Positions 59,769 to 64,000 of a stretch of DNA of 64,000 nt are shown in pieces. This stretch comes from an uncultured delta proteobacterium (lineage in GTDB: Bacteria; Myxococcota_A; Polyangia; Polyangiales; B10-G4): NCBI GenBank assembly GCA_963727445.1, contig CAVSGI010000013.1, forward strand, positions 273,316-337,315. Direction: 5' to 3'. The position numbers were made by a program, and so were the translations under genes. The notes under the pieces are model-generated. The model was given only the letters and a program-made list of their open reading frames with translations, was not told the DNA's origin and searched no databases. The stretch's first letter is position 1; each line of letters starts with the position of its first letter.

Positions 59769-60776
59769 TCAAGCGAGGACCACGCCTTCGTGAATGGCGA
59801 GCTCGCCGCCGATCCGCACCGAGGAATCGGCCTGGCAGGCAGGAAAAGAGGTGCGTGCAGACCAGCCCGCGCCCGTCACCTTCGAGGCCGGATCACCGAT
59901 CACCAGGTGAAGCCCCGGCACGTTGAGGTCGGTGTGCGCCTCTCCCGTCGGCGCATCCATCCCCAGGTTCACGCCGATGCTGACGAGTCCGATGCGATTC
60001 GAGTTATCCCCGAAGCCGAGGATCGATTCGATGTCCTTCTGCAGCTGGCGTGAATGCGCTTCCACTGAGACCACACGGCACTCGCGGATCTCCATCCGCA
60101 CCGGGCTCTCCACGAGCGAGCCTTCACGCAGCCCGAAGAACTCGCCGAGAGAACCGTTGACGACGAAGACGCCATTCACCGCTTCCGGTGCAGAGTAGAG
60201 CGCGCCCGATGGCAGGGTGCACCACGCGCCGGGGTCGACCTCGCCCAGCTCGGGAAACCAGGGCGTGCCGGAGACGCGCAGCGAGAGCTCGGTGCCCCAT
60301 CGCGATTCACAGGTGACCTCCTCCGACTCGGCGAGCGCTTCCATCATCTTGCGCCCGACGCGCGAGATCTCCCGATAGTCCCCCTGCATGCCTCGAACGA
60401 ACGCGAGCTCGCTGATCCCCTCCATGTGTGCGTGCCGGAGCTCGTGCGTCGCGACGAGCGCGAGGAGGTGCTGGCGCATCCGCGCCTCCTGATGCGGAGC
60501 GCTGGCGAGGAAGGCGCTGCCGCGCGCGCGGGACAGCCGCCTCGCCAAGGAGTCGGGGATGGCGGGGAGCGGGCGGCGGCCGAGCTCCTCGAGCCACACC
60601 TTCCAGACCATGAGCTCGTGGGCTTCGCCCGCCGCGGCGATGCTCTCTACCATCGAACGCGACCTCTCGTCGCCGATGAGGACGAGCCCATCACCCGCAG
60701 AAAGCCGGAGCGCCGAGTGGACGACCTGCCGCCCGGCACGTGAAAGCTCGCTCGCGCTGACCCCCGAGAGGCTCAT
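59769..60776 (-). CDS. Aminopeptidase, M29 (AmpS/PepS thermophilic metalloprotease) family.
   Basis: 335 aa. 'HELRHAHMEG', 'VFVVNGSLGEF' and 'GVNLGMD...HTDLNVPGLHLVIGD' are characteristic of M29. Confidence 0.6.
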   Translation of the reverse strand: MSLSGVSASELSRAGRQVVHSALRLSAGDGLVLIGDERSRSMVESIAAAGEAHELMVWKVWLEELGRRPLPAIPDSLARRLSRARGSAFLASAPHQEARMRQHLLALVATHELRHAHMEGISELAFVRGMQGDYREISRVGRKMMEALAESEEVTCESRWGTELSLRVSGTPWFPELGEVDPGAWCTLPSGALYSAPEAVNGVFVVNGSLGEFFGLREGSLVESPVRMEIRECRVVSVEAHSRQLQKDIESILGFGDNSNRIGLVSIGVNLGMDAPTGEAHTDLNVPGLHLVIGDPASKVTGAGWSARTSFPACQADSSVRIGGELAIHEGVVLA

Positions 60777-60968
60777 GGGGCGCCGATGCTACTGCCACGC
60801 CTCCGCTGGGGGTAGACCCAGAGGAGGTCGCCCGGATGGCGTCCCAGGATGTGGGCGCGACCTCGGATCGAGGACCTCGAAAACCCCGACTTCCTTCCAC
60901 CCATCGCTGGCGGTACATTAGGGGGACATGAAGGAGTAGGCCGCGACTCGGGCGCGGCGAGGACGGGA

Positions 60969-61640
60969 ATGGGAAATCGGATTTACGTGGGGAACCTGTC
61001 GTACGGCACGGCGGAAGACGGGCTCAGGGCAGTGTTCGAAGAGAGCGGCTACAAGGTCTCGGACGTTCACATAGTCACGGATAGAGAGACGGGTCGCTCC
61101 CGCGGCTTTGCTTTCGTCGAAGTCGAGGATAGCGGGGCGCTCAGCGCCGCCATCTCGTCCCTCGACGGAAAGGAAGTCGATGGGCGTCGGCTCGCACTGA
61201 GCGAAGCACGACCACGTCGCCCTCGCGAAGGCGGTGGTGGTGGTGGCGGTGGCGGCCACGGCGGTCACGGCGGCGGCGGCGGCGGCGGACGCTACAACAA
61301 CGATCGCCGGCCACCGGTGCAGGAACGGCGGCGCCCCTACGGCGGCGGCGGTGGTGGCGGTGGTGGCGGTGGCCACAGCAGCAGCGGCGGCGGCCCTCCC
61401 GGCGGCGGCGGTGGTGGCGGTGGTGGCGGTGATCGCCCGCGCCGCAGCTTCGACAACTTCAGCGCGGGCCCGCCGCCCGATCCGCTGGAGCAACCCTCTG
61501 GCCGCGCCAGCAAGCGTCGCAAGAAGTGGGACAACAAGGATCGCGACGGTGGCGCGGGTCGCAGCGATGACCGCCGCGGCAACAACCGCCGCTCGGGCAA
61601 CCGCAAGCGCCGCGGCTGGGACGACGAAGGCGACTGGTAG
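60969..61640 (+). CDS. RRM-type RNA-binding protein with a long Gly-rich and Arg-rich C-terminal tail.
   Basis: RNP1/RNP2 'IYVGNLSY' and 'RGFAFVEV'. ATG at 60969. GGN-repeat DNA at 61230-61430. Confidence 0.75.
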   Translation: MGNRIYVGNLSYGTAEDGLRAVFEESGYKVSDVHIVTDRETGRSRGFAFVEVEDSGALSAAISSLDGKEVDGRRLALSEARPRRPREGGGGGGGGGHGGHGGGGGGGRYNNDRRPPVQERRRPYGGGGGGGGGGGHSSSGGGPPGGGGGGGGGGDRPRRSFDNFSAGPPPDPLEQPSGRASKRRKKWDNKDRDGGAGRSDDRRGNNRRSGNRKRRGWDDEGDW

Positions 61641-61652
61641 GTCTCGACCGGT

Positions 61653-63992
61653 TCAGCGGGTGGGAAGCCGCTCGCTGAGCTCCGGCAAGCGGCCCTCGTC
61701 GAGCCAGGCGTAGGTGCCCCAGGTCTGAAGGACGCGCCGGGTGTAGCGGCGGGTTTCGTCGTAGGGGATGTCCTCGATCCAAGCGTCGAGGGTGGTATCG
61801 CTGCGCTGGCGGAGCCATCGGTCGGAAGCGCCCTCACCGGCGTTGTAGGCCGATGGGATGATCGCGGGGTTGTCCTCGTAGCGCCGATACAGAAAGCCGA
61901 TGAAGCGGGTGCCGATGCGGACGTTGATCTCGGGCGTCCGGAGGGCGTCGGGAGTGCTCGGCAGACCGAGCTCGTCACCGAAGCGCCGCGCCGTGGGTCG
62001 GATGAGCTGGATCAGCCCGTAGGCGTGCGCGACCGAAACGGCGCGCGGGTCGAAGGCGCTCTCCTCGCGGGCGATGGCGCGAACCAGCGCGCTGGGCACG
62101 CCCTCGGCGGCGGCGGCGTCTTCGATCAGCGGTGCGAAGGCGCGCGGATACGCGATGCGCCATCGGTGTCGTGACTCGCCCACGGGCGCGTGATCCAGGA
62201 AGTCGCGCAGGTGGCGGCGTGCGAGGAGGCTGGCTTCGGGATGCGCGCCTGCCCGATCGAGCACGGCGGCCGCGAGCCACATGGCCTCCTCGTCCGCCTC
62301 GTCGCCGAGGAGCCCGGCGGCGCCCAGCTCGCGCATCGCCACGTCCGGCTCGTCCACGCGGAGGAGCTCCACCGCGCGAACGAAGGCGGGGGCGGTGAGC
62401 TCGGGCCGGAGCGGAAAGGTCAGCGGCTCGGATGGCTCGGCCGACATCTCGGCGCGCACGGCAGCGGCGCGCTCCGCATCGAGGAGCTCGAGGCGATGGA
62501 GCGACTGCTGCGCGTAGTAGCTGAGCGGATAGCGGCGGGCAATCTCGTCGAAAGCCGCTACGGCCTCGCCGTCGCGACCGAGGTCGGCCAGGGTGCGCGC
62601 GCGCCAGTAGGCCGCACGGCCGCGCAGATCCACCGTGTGCTCCATCGGGCCATCGGCGAGGGAGGCCTCGAGGACGGTGAGCGCCTCTTCGAGCGCGGCG
62701 CGTCGCGCTTCGGGGTCATCGGCGGCCGCCGCGCGTCCGCGCGCGTCCCACGCCAGATGGAAGCGGGCCTCCCCGCGCATGTCCCCTTCGGGGAAGTCGT
62801 TCGCGGCGCGCGCCATACGGAGGTGCGCCGCCTCCTCGTCCCCGAGCGCCGCGGCCGAGAAGGCCGAACGGAAGACGGCATCGTCCGCCAGCCGATCCTC
62901 GGGGTCGGCCAGGACCAGGGCGTCGTAATGGTCGAGGGCCTCCTGATGCCGCCCCCGGCGACCGTGCGCTTGCGCTGCCAGGTAATGCGCGGGCGTGCGC
63001 ACCGACTCGTCCTCGCATCGGCGGATCACCTCTTCGAGCACCGCCGATCCGTCGTCGCGCCGGCGCATGCGCAAGAGCGCCTTGCCCTGCATCAGCTTCG
63101 CACGACAGGACTCGAGCCCCGAGGACTCGCGCGCGAGGGCGGCGAAAGCGTCCTCCGCTTCGTCGTGGCGCATCGCATTGAAGAACGCCTCGGCGCGAAC
63201 GAAGCGATCCTCGAAGGGGATGGTGGCCAGCGCGCGGCGACGCTCCGCCGGCAGCGTGGCGAGCACGGCCTCGGCCCGCTCCATCGCGATCTCTCCGATG
63301 CGCGCACCCGGCGCGCGTGTCGCCACGCGCCGATAGAGGAGCAGCGCCTCCTCGCGCTCCGCGGCATCCTCGCTGTCGGCGAGGATTTCGGCGAGAGGCA
63401 TGCCGGCGCTCGCCGCGCCGACGTGCGATGGCGTGCGGTCGACGATCGCGCGAAGCGCGCTCACGGCCTCGTTTAGATGACCCGCCTTCGCGAGCGCCAC
63501 CGCCGTGAGCGACTCCGCGCGCTCGCGATCGGGGAAGTCGTCGGGCAGGTCCGACAGGAGCGCGATCACCTCGTCTCCTCCGTCGGCGCCGATCAGCTCC
63601 GCCAGCTCGAGACGCGCCCAGGGCGCGAGCGGGTGGTCCATCTCCGACAGCGCCGCGAAGTGGCGTCGGGCGTCGTCATCCAGATCCTGGCGCAGCGCAG
63701 CCCTGGCCGCGATGAAGTGCAGCCGCCCGAGGACGGAGGGCTCCGGCGCACCGGCGATGGCTTCTTCCGCGAGGCGCTGCCGCTCGGCGGGATCGGTCGC
63801 GGCGAGCACGGCGCGCACGGCCTCGTCGCCGACGACGCTCGCGGGATCGAAGCGTGGAGGCCCGGCAGGCGCACGGGCCGGTGCCTGGGCTGACGCCGCG
63901 CCCGGGCGGTTGGCCGGCGCGTCGCAAGTGCAGAGCGCGACGGCAAAAAACGCCGCGATCGTCGCCCTGGTGATTCGTGCGTCGCCCCGCAT
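61653..63992 (-). CDS. slt: Soluble lytic murein transglycosylase (Slt70-like: superhelical TPR-like N-terminal domain plus a C-terminal SLT domain).
   Basis: SLT catalytic motif 'IAREESAFDPRAVSVAHAYGLIQLI...AYNAG'. Signal peptide at the N-terminus. The start lies 8 nt inside the window end. Confidence 0.75.
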   Translation of the reverse strand: MRGDARITRATIAAFFAVALCTCDAPANRPGAASAQAPARAPAGPPRFDPASVVGDEAVRAVLAATDPAERQRLAEEAIAGAPEPSVLGRLHFIAARAALRQDLDDDARRHFAALSEMDHPLAPWARLELAELIGADGGDEVIALLSDLPDDFPDRERAESLTAVALAKAGHLNEAVSALRAIVDRTPSHVGAASAGMPLAEILADSEDAAEREEALLLYRRVATRAPGARIGEIAMERAEAVLATLPAERRRALATIPFEDRFVRAEAFFNAMRHDEAEDAFAALARESSGLESCRAKLMQGKALLRMRRRDDGSAVLEEVIRRCEDESVRTPAHYLAAQAHGRRGRHQEALDHYDALVLADPEDRLADDAVFRSAFSAAALGDEEAAHLRMARAANDFPEGDMRGEARFHLAWDARGRAAAADDPEARRAALEEALTVLEASLADGPMEHTVDLRGRAAYWRARTLADLGRDGEAVAAFDEIARRYPLSYYAQQSLHRLELLDAERAAAVRAEMSAEPSEPLTFPLRPELTAPAFVRAVELLRVDEPDVAMRELGAAGLLGDEADEEAMWLAAAVLDRAGAHPEASLLARRHLRDFLDHAPVGESRHRWRIAYPRAFAPLIEDAAAAEGVPSALVRAIAREESAFDPRAVSVAHAYGLIQLIRPTARRFGDELGLPSTPDALRTPEINVRIGTRFIGFLYRRYEDNPAIIPSAYNAGEGASDRWLRQRSDTTLDAWIEDIPYDETRRYTRRVLQTWGTYAWLDEGRLPELSERLPTR

Positions 63993-64000
63993 TCCTCGCC

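Overview
This is a 64 kb, roughly 70% GC chromosomal segment that looks like a myxobacterial (Myxococcota) genome. It is rich in lipobox lipoproteins, MopE-like Cys/Asp metal-binding motifs, thrombospondin type 3 repeat (TSP3) outer-membrane proteins, Kelch and beta-helix lipoproteins, and a giant Ser/Thr kinase-AAA-TPR regulator. Gene density is high and both strands are used. Recognisable genes: the 3' end of gyrB (heavily frameshifted), suhB, mpl, osmC-like, a clpB paralog, a ycf46-like AAA ATPase, an Omp85 (tamA/bamA-like) plus tamB pair inside a long minus-strand envelope cluster, an ECF sigma factor, ccmA-ccmB, hemW, orn, dnaJ, an M29 aminopeptidase, a glycine-rich RRM protein and an slt-type lytic transglycosylase. 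I saw no rRNA, tRNA, CRISPR array, IS or transposase, or obvious secondary-metabolite enzymes. The most unusual signals are: a REP/BIME-like palindromic repeat family (core GGGGACGGTCTACAC-TTTTCAACTTTCG) at three intergenic loci, with nine copies in mixed orientation; an anomalous cluster of frameshifts in gyrB, plus single frameshifts in clpB and the kinase gene; a ClpB paralog whose first ATPase domain has lost Walker A, Walker B and the pore-loop Tyr while the second is canonical; a serine protease fused to a C-terminal beta-barrel and translationally coupled to a separate PPC-domain lipoprotein; and an ECF sigma factor sandwiched between two paralogous beta-helix lipoproteins. All calls rest on reading the translations for motifs; I ran no database searches.
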